Shown here: positions 1 to 12,228 of the stretch, in pieces | How positions within the stretch are numbered: position 1 is the first letter of the stretch | How the letters are laid out: every line of letters begins with the position of its first letter | Assembly (NCBI RefSeq): GCF_001447785.1 | Contig: NW_015175421.1 | Location: 1-64,000 of the forward strand | Source of the DNA: Gekko japonicus | Lineage: Eukaryota | Reading direction: 5' to 3' | Length of the DNA stretch: 64,000 bases | Notes under the pieces: model-generated | What the model saw: only the letters and a program-made list of their open reading frames with translations | The model's database searches: none | Told to the model about the DNA's origin: nothing | Translations under genes and position numbers: made by a program

Positions 1-460
1 CTTGAAAGCCCCTTGTTGGGGTTGTCATAAATTAGCTGTAACTTAGCAGCACTACACACACATTTAAAATCTGTACACTGAAAAGAGTAATGGCTTGGGT
101 GGGAAAGAGGTGTGTATTACCTGGTCAGAATGTGGGGTGTTATCTGAGGGGAGAGAACATTGGGTTGGATCTAACCAGCTTTTCTGCTGGTGAAAAAGGA
201 AATAGGGTCCTCATTGACCTCCCAAAAGTGCTTGTGAGTGTTTCTCTCTGGGCTTCCATTTTGCCAGGTAATATCTGTCTGAGCTTATCATGTGTAATAT
301 TTCTAGGACCACAATTCAAGTCCTAGCAGGATTAGGAATGGCTTAAAACAACTAAGCCTTGGGATCTTGGGGGAGACCAAAACTACCTGTTCCCCTTCAC
401 TGTTATATATAAAAGAATGCCTTTAAATTGTAAGCGCTATCATAAAATCATGTACCTTGC

Positions 461-877
461 CAGGGGTCATTTCCTGCAGGAGCGCACAGGAGCGGAGCTC
501 CGGCAGGAAAGAGCCCAGGGGGTGGGCACATGCAACAAGCCCCACCCCCTGCTCCCAGCAGCCCTCAGTCAGAGCAAGAAGCAGCCAGGTAAGTTGCAGA
601 GCCCACCCAGGCCCCCCAGTCCAAAACAGTCCAGTGGCACCTTTAAGACCAAGTTTTATTCAGGTACAAGCTCTCCCTCCTCTGCGAGGACAGATCTGCA
701 CGTTTCCCCCCCCCCCAATAGGTAGCAATCCAAAACAGTCCAGTGGAGCCTGAGCAGTGGGGGTTGCCTTCTGCCACACTTCCGGTGATGTCAGGGTGTG
801 TGGCATATGCAAGTAAGTTGTGCTAATGAGTTATACTAATGAGCTCCTGCACCTCTTTTTCTACAAAATGACCCCTG
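461..877. mobile_element. hAT-like non-autonomous element (CAGGGGTCATTT TIR); relatives at ~1939-2296, ~10449-10862, ~58493-58855
   Basis: CAGGGGTCATTT...AAATGACCCCTG termini. Internal sequence shared with the other copies. Confidence 0.75.
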
Positions 878-3127
878 TATAACCTTGCACATTCACTTGA
901 ACACAAGAAAATATGAAGCAGCTTCATATTGAATCAGACCGTCCATCTGGTCCATCACTGTCCACCAAGGAATTGCCTACTCAGACTTGCAGTGGTTCTG
1001 TCGTCGGGTAGACATCTCTCACGTCACCTATCTGGCCTTTGGATTTTCATGTCTATGATGAGATTAGCCCAGAACTCTGTTCCCACCTGTTCCTCTTCTA
1101 ACTCACTTCCCATTATTCTTCAAAAATAGTCCCAAAATAAGCTTGCAAGACTCCGAGTACGGCAAAAGTCTGGCTGGTCATGAGACAGTAGCCAACTCAA
1201 TGGATGCTTGAGGGACACAACAACCAAGTTTACTTTGAAATGCTCAAAAACAGTTTAGTGCAAGAATTGTGATGCTGTATTCTACCCATCTGCTCCACTA
1301 AGGGCAGAGCCTTCTGGTGGTGTGAGAACTTCTTCCACTGGACAAGGCCATTTTCTGCCAGAGTGGTAGGATATAACCCATGAAGCTCAAGGGGACCCAC
1401 AGAGACTTTGGGGACAAGAAGCCAGTGTGGCGTAGGGGTTAGGAGTATGAAAAAAACGAGTTATCTGGAAGACCCAGGTTCAAATCACCTCTCGTACCAT
1501 GGAAGATCACTAGGTGACCTTGTGCCAGTCATTAACTCTCAGCCTAACCTACCTCGCAGGGTTGTTGTGAGGGTAAAATGGAGGAGAGGAGAATGATGTA
1601 AACTGCTTTGGGTCTGCACTGGGGAGAAAGGTGGGGTATAAATGAATTAAACAAAGAACATGCCCGTTGTCCCATTACTCTATATTTGTGTTGGTTTTTT
1701 TATTCCACAGATCTTTGTATCTTCACACACGTGGATTATTACACACATGGGCATTCAAATTCCACACAAAAAGAATCATCTTGTTTGCTGTGCCTGGAAT
1801 ATATTACAAAACCCTGGCAAATATACACAATATGTAGATTTTATTCTGTTTCTTTGATTTGCAGTTTAGCTGTTTTGGTTTTACTGCAGAAATGAGGAAC
1901 TTTTGCCCTACTGTTTTATATTATTGTCATGGGTCCAGCCAGAGCTTTTTTTGTAGAAAAAGCCCAGCAGGAACTCATTAGCATGATAGGCCACACCCAA
2001 CTTCAGAAACTCATTAGCATATTAGGCCCCACCCCCATGCCTTCCCTTGGCTTGCCTGGGTGCCCTGTGGCAAGCCAGCCCTTGGATAGGTCGGGGAAGG
2101 CAGGCATTTAAATGCATCCCCGATCTTTGCAGGGGGCCCCAGCCCGCCTGCCTCGGAGTCGCTGCGGGGGGGGGGTGGCTCTCCAGGCCTTCACTCTGTA
2201 GCTACACATGCAGAGGTTTTGGCTGTAGTGGGCGTGGCCATCTCTGAAGCCAGCCGGAACTCCGTTCCTGTGCGTTCCTGCCCAAAAATAGCCCCAGCGA
2301 AGATAGCTTGGGACTCAGCCATCTGCTCCACCCAAAGTCCCACATGATTCCAAAGCACATGCTGAGCGACGTATGAGCCAGGATTGCATCATTCACAACA
2401 ATATTGTGGAAAATGAGATTGCATCCCTCTCCTGGGATTATCCTGGAATAACTAACTGTGTAATCAGAGCCTCATCTTGAATACATATGTTTGTATGTGC
2501 TGGCAAATTGCAACAGACTCATGGCGACCCCAGCAAGGGGCTTGCAAGGCAAGTGAGAAGCAGAGGTGGTTGGCCATTGCCTTCCTTGGTGGTCTCCCAG
2601 CCAAGTACCCACCCTGCTTACTTTCTGAGATCTGATGAGCTCGGGCTATACCATATCGCTTCACATAACATACACTCATTTCTGTTAAAATTCAGAACTT
2701 GTAAGCTTGGATGCCCAGGGATCTCTTGAGGTCAATGGAAGAATGGAACACTTAGCTTATGACGTTTATCCTGTCTTTTCTTCGCAGTCAAAGGGTAGTT
2801 ATTGTCCTTTAACCCAGTTTGCCAGTAACATCTTTCTAAATCCACTGGACTCAATGGGCTTAGAAGGGTATCACTCTTTTTAGGATTACACTGTGAATAC
2901 CTTATTGGTTGATAATTCAGGAACATGAGTTTCTTCTTGATATGACATATAAGGAAGTTGCCTTTAAAATAGCTATATTAGCACTTCTGAAGTAAAAGCT
3001 AATTTAGCTAGCATGGCAGATGGTTACATGCATATGGGAAACAATTTACTTAGGTACAGGATTTTTAACACCCTTCTTATGGCAAAGAACTAAGGCACAA
3101 TCCGTTGACATGGCAGCTACCACACAG

Positions 3128-3304
3128 TGGGTTGGATCCAACCAGTTTTTCTGTAGATGAAAAGGGAAGGAGGGGTCCCCTTTGACCACCTAAAAATGCT
3201 GGAGGTCATGAGAACTACATGGACAAAAGCCACGTGTGACAAAGGCTGCAATAGGGAGGGGAATTGGGTGTGGAAAAGTGAAAAGGCTGTTTGGATCCAA
3301 CCCA
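3128..3304. mobile_element. TGGGTTGGATCC-TIR MITE; relatives at ~9830-9993, ~15612-15784, ~27800
   Basis: TGGGTTGGATCCAA...TTGGATCCAACCCA inverted termini. Confidence 0.6.
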
Positions 3305-3503
3305 TGCATCCTCTCCTGTTTTATCCTCACCATAACCCTACGAGGTAAGTGAGGCAACGTGAGAATGATTGGCTCAGTCAATCCTTATGCAGAGTGGGGC
3401 TTGAACCCAGGTCACTCCAGTCCTAGGCAAGTGCTTTACCCACTGGCTCTTCTCCTGTGGCACTCAAGGCAGTTTACATAGGACTCCCAAGAGGTCTCCT
3501 ATT

Positions 3504-3768
3504 GAGAGCCAGTTTGGTGTAGTGGTTAAGAGTGTGGACTCTAATCTGGGTGAATTGGGTTTGATTCCCCACTCCTCCATGTGCAACTGTTGGTGTGATC
3601 TTGGGTCAGTCACAAGGTCTTTCAGAGCAGTCCTTGAAAGAGCTCTCTCAGCCCCCTCCCACCTCACAGGGTGTCTGTTGTAGGGAGGGGAAGGTAAAGG
3701 AGACTGCAAGCCGCTCTGAGACTCTGAGTGAAGGGTGGGGTATAAATCCAAACTCTTCTTCTTCTTCC
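3504..3768 (+). mobile_element. tRNA-derived SINE (Squam3-like); copies also at 13380-13665+, 19649-19931-, 32032-32303-, 32774-33045+, 39191-39455+, 40718-41005-, 49680-49955-, 50014-50250+, 63322-63562-
   Basis: A/B-box head GAGAGCCAGTTTGGTGTAGTGGTT...GGGTTTGATTCCC, core GTGACCTTGGGTCAGTCAC and (CTT)n tail. The family name is from recall. Confidence 0.75.
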
Positions 3769-4870
3769 TATTCAGGCACTGGTCAGCCTCAGCTAAGTTG
3801 TCATGTCACGTGCCCTTTGATCAGAACTTGGGATCTCATGGACTTCAGCTTATTCTATATAACATGTAGGATGTGCCTTGTAACACCCCTGCCCATAACA
3901 ACTCAGCATCAGCACAAGGGAATGATGATACAAGAGTCCTTTTCAGACATTATATCCACGCACACTGGGAACCCAGCAACAGTTTGTAGATCGTACAAAC
4001 CCATGCTGTCACCATGTTGTCTGAAAAAGGGGGCAAACACTTATTTTCCATATGCATACAGCTTCAGCACATAGGACTCCCAAGAGGTCTCCTATTGAGA
4101 GCCAGTTTGGTGTAGTGGTTAAGAGAACTTGGGATCTCATGGACTTCAGCTTATTCTATATAACATGTAGGATGTGCCTTGTAACACCCCTGCCCATAAC
4201 AACTCAGCATCAGCACAAGGGAATGATGATACAAGAGTCCTTTTCAGACATTATATCCACGCACACTGGGAACCCAGCAACAGTTTGTAGATCGTACAAA
4301 CCCATGTGGTCACCATGTTGTCTGAAAAAGGGGGCAAACACTTATTTTCCATATGCAGACAGCTTCAGCACATGTAATGTGCCTGCTGATTTTTCCGGAG
4401 CTCTCATTCATGCACACCAATACACACATGCAAAATACATATGGCGCCTCTATTCAGATGACATGGCAACTGTGGATATCAAGGGTATTGTGGGCAGTGT
4501 GTGTTTCTGATATGCACTTGCCAAGCAGATGTAATATCTGAAAATAACAACTGTTGAGCATCTACTAATTTATACCTCAAGTGATGTATATTGGGGTTGC
4601 CTAACCTCCAGGTAGGACCTGAAGATCTTCCAGAATTACCGCTGTCCATACTACAGAAAGCAGTTCCCATGGAGGAAATGGCTCCTTTGGAGGGTGGACT
4701 GTATGGTATTGTAGCCCACTGAGGTCCTTCTTATCCTCTCCTCAAACTCCAGCATCCCAAAATTTCCAGCAATTTTCCAAACTAGAGTTGGCAACCTATA
4801 TAACTGAGGTGCTCAGGCTATGACAGGAGCAAGCTTGCAGGGCTTAAAACAATTTGGCTCATACTTAGAG

Positions 4871-5827
4871 CTAGAGAGATGGTGGCGTTTTGAGACCGAG
4901 CACCCGTCTCATAGCCTCCTGCATTTCTTTATTCCTCAGGCAGTAGATGATGGGGTTCAGCGTTGGGGTCACCACATTGTAAAGCACAGAGGCCAGGGTG
5001 TCTAAATATGCAGGGTAACTGGAGCCAGGCCGGTTATAATTAAACATTCCACTGGTGAAGAACAAGGTGACCACTGTGAGATGGGAAGCGCAGGTGGAGA
5101 AGGCTTTGCGGCGACCCTGGGACGTTCGGATCCTCAAGACCGCCACGACAATATGAACGTAGGATAGCATGATGCAAAGAAAAGGGCTGACGCCAAGCAG
5201 CATGGTTACCACCACCAATGTCATTTGGTTGGGGAAAGTGTCTGCGCAAGAGAGCTTGAGCAACTGGGGGACATCACAGAACACGTGGTCCAGCTCGTGA
5301 GAGGCACAGAAGGGCACGAGAGAGGTCATGGCTGTGTGCAGGACCGAGTTGAGGAGGCCACAGACCCATGAGGCTGCCACCAACTGAGTGCACGATGTTT
5401 GGTTCATGAGGAGGGTGTACGTGAGGGGACGGCAGATGGCGACGTATCGGTCGTACGCCATCACGGCCAGCAGGAGACACTCGACTCCCACAAAGGCCAC
5501 CAGGAAGTAAAGCTGGGCCAGGCAGCCCTCGAAGGAGATGGCCTTGGACTCTGCCAACAAGTTTTTCAGCACGTGGGGCAGAGTGACCGAGGTGTAGCAC
5601 ATGTCCAGGAAGGAGAGATGCCGGATGAAATAGTACATGGGCGTATGCAGGCTGGAATCCAGGAAAGTGGTGGCCAGGATGAGGCCGTTTCCAAACAAGG
5701 TGGTGACGTACATGGTCAGGAACAAGACGAAGAACAGAGAATGGGGCTTGGGGAAATGGGAGAAACCCAGGAAGACAAATTCCCTGATTGCTGTTTGATT
5801 TCCCATCTGCTCCTGCCAGGATGACAT
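4871..5827 (-). CDS. Olfactory receptor (class II), intact single coding exon
   Basis: ORF has OR motifs LHTPMYYF, MAYDRYVAIC, KAFSTCASHL, PTLNPIIYCLRN and an N-terminal NQT glycosylation site. First ATG is at 5827 (MSSWQEQM), just after a CCCCATTTCAG acceptor; alternative ATG at 5806. Confidence 0.96.
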   Translation of the reverse strand: MSSWQEQMGNQTAIREFVFLGFSHFPKPHSLFFVLFLTMYVTTLFGNGLILATTFLDSSLHTPMYYFIRHLSFLDMCYTSVTLPHVLKNLLAESKAISFEGCLAQLYFLVAFVGVECLLLAVMAYDRYVAICRPLTYTLLMNQTSCTQLVAASWVCGLLNSVLHTAMTSLVPFCASHELDHVFCDVPQLLKLSCADTFPNQMTLVVVTMLLGVSPFLCIMLSYVHIVVAVLRIRTSQGRRKAFSTCASHLTVVTLFFTSGMFNYNRPGSSYPAYLDTLASVLYNVVTPTLNPIIYCLRNKEMQEAMRRVLGLKTPPSL

Positions 5828-6069
5828 CTTGCATCTGAAATGGGGAAGTCGGTTAGAAAACAAAGAGGCTGGTTTGTGCTTACTTTATGACATTATGGGG
5901 GCTGTCCCCCCCAATTGTCTGCCTGCATTTATTTATTTGTTTGTTTATGTGATGGCTCCAGCATGTAAATCAGCCACCAGGCTCAAAGTGCCACCAGCAC
6001 ACAGCGTGCGCGCCGCAATGATGTCACCCGGAAGTTATGTCATTACACTGGGCACATTCTACAGTAAGG

Positions 6070-7840
6070 GGGGAGTGAAAATTTAAAGTAGTGAAGTTAC
6101 CTTTTGGGGAATTTGTGAAAGCGAAGAAAAGGGATTGTTTCCCAAGCAGTGCAGCATGGACTTTTTAAAAGTAAACAAACAGCCAAGATGTCGGGGCCCA
6201 AACAGGACAAGGAGAAGGAAAAGCAAGCGAAGAAACTGATAGCAACTTCCGGTCCTAGCTCCCTCTGCTGGACCAGATGCAGAAAAACAGCCAAACTCTA
6301 GTAAGCATGGAAAGTGTTCTCAGCAGTCAACAGACACAATTAACAGATGCAGCCAAGAAAATGGAGGAGATTGCAAAGAAATGTCTGGTATCAACAGAAG
6401 ATACACAGAAAATCAAGAAGAAGGTCAGTAAAATGGAAAAGAAGCAAGACATGCATGAAAATAAGTTATTGATGTTACAAATGGAAAAATCAAATCTGAC
6501 TCTCCGGTTTCAAGGAATCCAGGAGGTTGAAAAAGAAGATCTCAGAAGTATACTAACGGAAGCATTGACACCACTGATGGGCAGTGAAGTGGATAAATTA
6601 AGCGAAGAAATGGATCTGGTATACAGATCCTATTCTAACTTTACAAAGAAAAATAATCTGCCAGCTGAAGTGGTTGTCAAATTTACTAAACAATGTGTCA
6701 GAGATCAGATTTTGAAAGTGACGTCAGCAACACCCTTGAAGATTGGAGAACAAGCTATAAGGATATTAAAAGATGTACCATTTGAAATTCGACAGAAGCG
6801 GAAGGCAAATAAAGGACTGACCACATTCTTGCAAAATCGTCAAATTAATTACAGATGGTTGATTCCAGAAGGACGGGTCTTTAAGTTTAAAGACAAGAGA
6901 GAGAAGATTGACTCCATTTTCAAAGCTCAAGACTTTTTGAAGAGACACGCCAGTTCAGAGGAAGAGGCAGAACTCGCTAAGTGGTAAGTTTTTGGTAGCG
7001 ACGTGGACAGCAACCTGGAGGGAGGAGACGGAGAACTGGAGGAAAAAGGAGCGGTAGGAGGTGTCTCCTATAACTTGAGAGAGAGAAAAGGCAGACCCCC
7101 CAACGCCTGATGAACTTTTGAGAGTGCTGCAGAAGACAATACTAATACTAACCCAAAAGGACTTTACTAACCTAATTAATTTTTTATCTTTGACAGATAA
7201 AGAAGCAAGAAGATCAACCACTCACGGTTGAAGCTATGGACTGTACTAATACTGATAAAAGATTAATATACTAATTTACTCATCACTCACCACTTTTCTT
7301 AATCCCCCTATATACCCGCCCCTCTTTCTGAAAAATTTAAAGCAATAAAGTTCTCTCCTTTTGAGGAGAGTTTAATAATACATATATATATTTAATAATA
7401 CATATATATAGAATTAAAATCCGTTTTAAATGTAACATCTCAAATTCAAATGGGTTCTTGATATGAGATATATAATAGACCTTCCTTTACACCTTGATAT
7501 ATTTTTTATCTGTTAAAGGTTCTAATGAATATGTAGAGTGGCAAAAATATGTAATATTTAATATGTAGTAATAATGAAACTAATGATGTAGTCAAAAGAG
7601 AATACAATCATATACCAATAGAAGTAAGACCTATTGTATATTATAGATATTATAGATAATACCTTAAAGATTTTAACAAAGGGGATGTAAGAGAAAATAT
7701 TTTCTGTCATACATTTTGTATTATATGATTGTCCTTGACCAATGCATTTATGTTGTATAAACACTCCCTTTTTTCCTTTCCCTTTTCTTTCCTGTATTCC
7801 CACTGTCTTTCTAAATAAATAAATACATTTTTAAAAAGAA
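6070..7840 (+). mobile_element. ORF1-only L1 derivative (HAL1-like); L1 ORF1p frame at 6188/6277-6987
   Basis: Coiled coil followed by NLTLRFQGIQE...EVVVKF...RILKDVPFEIRQKRK...YRWLIP, typical of L1 ORF1p (RRM/CTD). ATG at 6188 is out of frame with 6277 (one frameshift). Followed by an AT-rich 3' UTR and AATAAA/A-tail at about 7815-7840, with no ORF2. Confidence 0.75.
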
Positions 7841-8046
7841 AATATCAAATGGCCAACCCAAGACCATACGTGTTTTGGCCACAAAGGCCTTTCTCAGTGG
7901 TCAGTAATACACATCATAGGTTTAGAAACACATCTGGGAAATCTCGACATTATAACAGCTTATGTCAAGCTTGTATGAGTCACTGCTCACTGCTTCAGAT
8001 ACCTTCTGCATTTGGTGAGAAAGGTGATACCTCTTTGTACCTGTGC

Positions 8047-8553
8047 AACCTAAACAGCATGATAAAAAGTAGAGACATCACTCTGCCAACAAAAGTCCGC
8101 ATGGTCAAAGCAATGGTATTCCCAGTAGTCATGTATGGCTGCAAGAGTTGGACTATAAGGAAGGCCGAGCGCCGAAGAATAGATTCTTTTGAACTATGGT
8201 GCTGGAGAAGACTCTTGAGAGTCCCTTGGACTGCAAGAAGATCAAATCAGTCAATCCTAAAAGTAATCAACCCTGACTGTTCCCTGGAAGGCCAGATAAT
8301 GAAACTGAAGCTCAAATACTTTGGCCACCAAATGAGAAGGTAGCACTCACTGGAGAAGACCCTGATGCTGGGAAAGATTGAAGGTCAAAGAAGACGGGGA
8401 CGGCAAAGGATGAGATGGTTAGACAGTGTCATAGATGCAACGAACATGAAGTTGAGCAAACTTCAGAGGACGGTGGAAAACAGGAGGGCCTGGCGAGATC
8501 TTGTCCATGGGGTCGCAAAGAGTCGGACTCGACTGTGCGACTGAACAACAAAA
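8047..8553 (+). mobile_element. BovB (RTE LINE) 3' fragment
   Basis: KSRDITLPTKVRMVKAMVFPVVMYGCKSWTIRKAERRRIDSFELWCWRRLLRVPWTARRSNQSIL... and a CTGAACAACAA tail. Confidence 0.92.
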
Positions 8554-9152
8554 AGCAGTAGGAAAGAGCAAGAGTACAGTAGCACCTTAAAGACTTGCAA
8601 AACATATGGCAGGGTATGAGACATACTTCTTCAGACTCATGAAAGCTCATACCCTGCCACGTATTTTGTTAGTCTTGCTCTTTTCTACTGCTACAAACAG
8701 ACTAACGTGGCTGCCCATCTCGATCTATGTCAAGCTTGTTTGAGATTATTCTTAATGTAGCCTGATATCCAGGCCCTTTTTTTAAATTATATTTTTGTGT
8801 ACACCATATAGTAACTATTTCTTTTGATATGCATTTTATTTGCTGTATCTTGACCCTTGTAGCGTTCTCAGTATCTTTTGGGTTGAGTTTGTTTCCCCTT
8901 CCTCCTTTGTTTGAGCCATTTGTTAAGACCAGAGATACTAATGAATACGAATTCAGGGGTTTCCCACCAAATTCTCCCTTTGAAATAGGGTAGGGAAGAG
9001 TGTGATGATATTTGTTGTTCCCCATCACCCTATACGCATAGAAAGGGAGAGTGGAGTAGAATAGTCATGGACTGAATTCCTTCCATGCACTTTCGCTTCT
9101 GCTACCTGCATTTGTGCTTCCTTTCTCTGCTTAGTTTCAGGGCATTTCTACC

Positions 9153-9860
9153 TTTTCTGCTGGATGACTCTTCTTTGCTCCTTCTGAATCCTTTTCTTTC
9201 TGTTACTCATTCATACCTGGTTGGTCATGGCTGGTTTCCCTCCTGCCACTCTCTGCCTTTCTGCTGGATGACTCTCCCTTGCTCCTTCTGAATCCTTTTC
9301 TTTCTGTTACTCATTCATACCTGGTTGGTCATGGCTGGTTTCCCTCCTGCCACTCTCTGCCTTTCTTCCCTTTTGCTTCCCCAGCCCCAGTCCCACTTCA
9401 CTCCATCAGGCAGACCGACTGCCCCTGTCAAAAATACTCACCCCTGCAAGTAAACAAATAGCTTGCAAACCACGGTTCCTTGTAATATCTAAAAATATCT
9501 AAACAGAGTCAACGGATTAGAGCACACCAGCTTTTCCACCTGCAATAGAGGTAGAAGGGGCCCATTTTCACCTCTGAAAGGGCTTTGAAAGGAATCATGG
9601 CACTGGCATGGACAAGCCAAACGGGACTAGCATTGCAGTGAGGAATGGAATCGGACAAGATCAAGGAGAAGAGTCGATAGGGCTCAATCTTGTATTCATG
9701 AAACTCAAAATTCTGCTCTAATCCTCAATATCCCTGCCATCTTTTTCACTCAACAGTCTCACCCAATTCCTGTCTGTATTCATGAAACTCAAAATTCTGC
9801 TCTAATCCTCAACATTCCTGCCAGCTTTTTCACTCAACAGTCTCACCCAATTCCTGTCCT
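9153..9860. repeat. Two short tandem duplications (~105 bp at 9153-9366; ~85 bp at 9691-9860)
   Basis: Adjacent near-identical direct copies. Confidence 0.8.
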
Positions 9861-10120
9861 TACTGCATCCCCCATCCAACCTGGTTTTTGTCCATGCAGG
9901 TCCCATGATTTCCAGCACATAATCTTTTTGGATAGACAAAGGAGACCCCCCCCTCCCTCCCCACCGGCAGAAAAACTAGTTGGATCCAACCCATGTTCTT
10001 GTAGCTGCAATGACAGGAAATATTTTGCATACATTGATATTGGGATCTTTTAGTCTAAATGGAGACGACAAAATAATGCAAACTGAGAGAGAAAGAGAGA
10101 GGGAGGGAGGGAGGGAGGGA

Positions 10121-10393
10121 NNNNNNNNNNNNNNNNNNNNNNNNNNNNNNNNNNNNNNNNNNNNNNNNNNNNNNNNNNNNNNNNNNNNNNNNNNNNNNNN
10201 NNNNNNNNNNNNNNNNNNNNNNNNNNNNNNNNNNNNNNNNNNNNNNNNNNNNNNNNNNNNNNNNNNNNNNNNNNNNNNNNNNNNNNNNNNNNNNNNNNNN
10301 NNNNNNNNNNNNNNNNNNNNNNNNNNNNNNNNNNNNNNNNNNNNNNNNNNNNNNNNNNNNNNNNNNNNNNNNNNNNNNNNNNNNNNNNNNNNN
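10121..10393. other. Assembly gap (273 N) next to a (GA)/(GGGA)n microsatellite
   Basis: Run of N. Confidence 0.99.
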
Positions 10394-11350
10394 AAACCCC
10401 TTTCCCGCTCCCTGCTACAGAATGTCATTATAGTTAATGGTAGAACCCAGAGATCATTTCGGGGGGGAACGCGGGGGAACGCAGTTCCCCCGGGTGAGGT
10501 ACGGGGGGTGGGGCACATGACAAAGCCCTGCCCCCTGCTTCCGGCCCTCATTCAGCCAGGAGGAGGCAGGAGAAGAGGGAGGGTAAGTTGCTTCCTCCCC
10601 GCCTCTCCCCACCCCTGCCTGCCTGGGGCCAGGGAGGGCCTTCGCGGGGCTTCCTTGGACTCCCGCCGGCCTTGCAGGTCCACTGCCGGGCCCCTCATGG
10701 GGCTCGGCAGTGGAGCTGCAAGGCCGGCGGTGGCGGCCGGGACCATTGGGGGTGGGGTGTGTGGCCTTATGACACACTTCCGGTGATGTCAGGGGGTGTG
10801 GCATATGCTAATGAGTTATGCTAATGAGTTCCCCTAGCTCTTTTTCTACGAAACGACCCCTGCAGAAACCCAATAATAAAATGGGAGGGATTGCTGGTGG
10901 GAAGTCATTCACCATAGTGGGGAACCTGGCAACCCTAGCTGTATGCTTGGTTGGTTATGTGTTTGATTCTGTAACCAAATTTTGTTGATGCTTCAAGGCC
11001 TCAGTTCGAAGAGGCTATAGCAACAAACAGCATAGGTGGAGGACAGCACAGATGGAGTGATAACTTCAACCACTACAGTAAGTCTTCCTCTTAGGTATAA
11101 CAGCAACTGTAAGTGTTGTAAGGACTGTGCGACATCTTTTTGCACCAGGAGCACCAGTACTCCAGGGCAGCAGAGCAAGAAAGATGGATAGGTCCGAATT
11201 CCTCTGTCTGCTTCCTCTTGTCTGTTGTGCTCCTGTGTCTTTATTTACCCAGGTCACTACCAAGGGTGGCCAGGTCCTCCTGGCAACAGGTGTTTGGGGG
11301 GACTTACTGGGTAGTGGGGGCCCTTGCTGGTAATGCACTGACATCACTGC

Positions 11351-11556
11351 CAGTGCTCCCTCTAAGATGAGTTAGTGTGAGCTAGCTCACAGTTCTTTAG
11401 CCTCCGGCTCACACATTCTTGTCTTAGCTCAGGAAGGATGGCTCCAGAGCAAACTAATTTATGCAATAGCCAAATCGCCTGCTCACAACTTTAATTCCAG
11501 TAGCTCACAAAGTAGAATTTTTGCTCACAAGACTCCACAGCTTAGAGGGAACATTG
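11351..11556 (+). mobile_element. hAT-type MITE (CAGTGTTCCCTCTAAG family)
   Basis: TIRs plus 8-bp TSD ATCACTG[C/G]. Confidence 0.85.
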
Positions 11557-11806
11557 ATCACTGGTGATGCGCTATCATCACTTCCTGTGCACACCAGAAC
11601 TTATGGCAGTGTCTTAGCGGCTTTACTGGCAGCATTCTGGCATTTGGGCAAAACTCTACCATAGAGTTTTGCCCAAATAACAGAGTATCCCTGGTATCTC
11701 CCAGCAACATGCTGATGTCACTTCTGGGCACATGGGAAATGACGACATGCATTTTAGTACTATCCCCCCCCCCCCTGTCGGAGGGGAATGTTAAGCCTGA
11801 TCCCTT

Positions 11807-12228
11807 GCTAAGTTGCAGAGTGCACTAGGCTCAACGCGCAGCAGAGCTCCTTCGTTAAGCATATGCTTGTAAGACTACAAAGTTACACAGAGAGCCACTT
11901 ATCATTTTGAAAGAAAATAAGAACCGGTTTATTTAGGAAAGACATGTTGGATAGCGCAGTGTGGAGAAACGGACAGATTCTGTTCTACCTAGCTAGTGAT
12001 GGATGCGGATGCAGAGAGGCATCTGGCACCCATAGTACCAAAGATGGAGAAATGTGTCTTCCCTCTTTGTATGCCTGCGGGAAGAGAAAGAAAAGGAGAT
12101 GGAAGGAAATGCTTTTCCCTAAGAGTAGCAATCTGCACGTCAAAGGGTTCAGTGACAGAAGAGTAAACAGGAAGATGCTTAGTGTCTTCCTATCTAGCTG
12201 TAACTCTCTGGTCACTTGCTTCTTAGAC
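11807..12228 (-). mobile_element. Possible solo LTR
   Basis: TGCTAAG...CTTAGACA imperfect inverted termini and a minus-strand AATAAA. TSD unclear. Confidence 0.35.

Noticed and set aside
3595-4510. Two similar 150-aa ORFs suggesting a repeated gene
   Set aside because: Products of the local tandem duplication and SINE sequence, with no recognisable domain.
5399-5824. Conserved antisense ORFs over the ORs (also 20302-20727, 44775-44984, 56270-56551)
   Set aside because: Shadow frames caused by GC3-rich OR codon usage and paralog identity.
9976-10786. Long ORFs spanning the N run
   Set aside because: Artefacts of the assembly gap and a GC-rich MITE.
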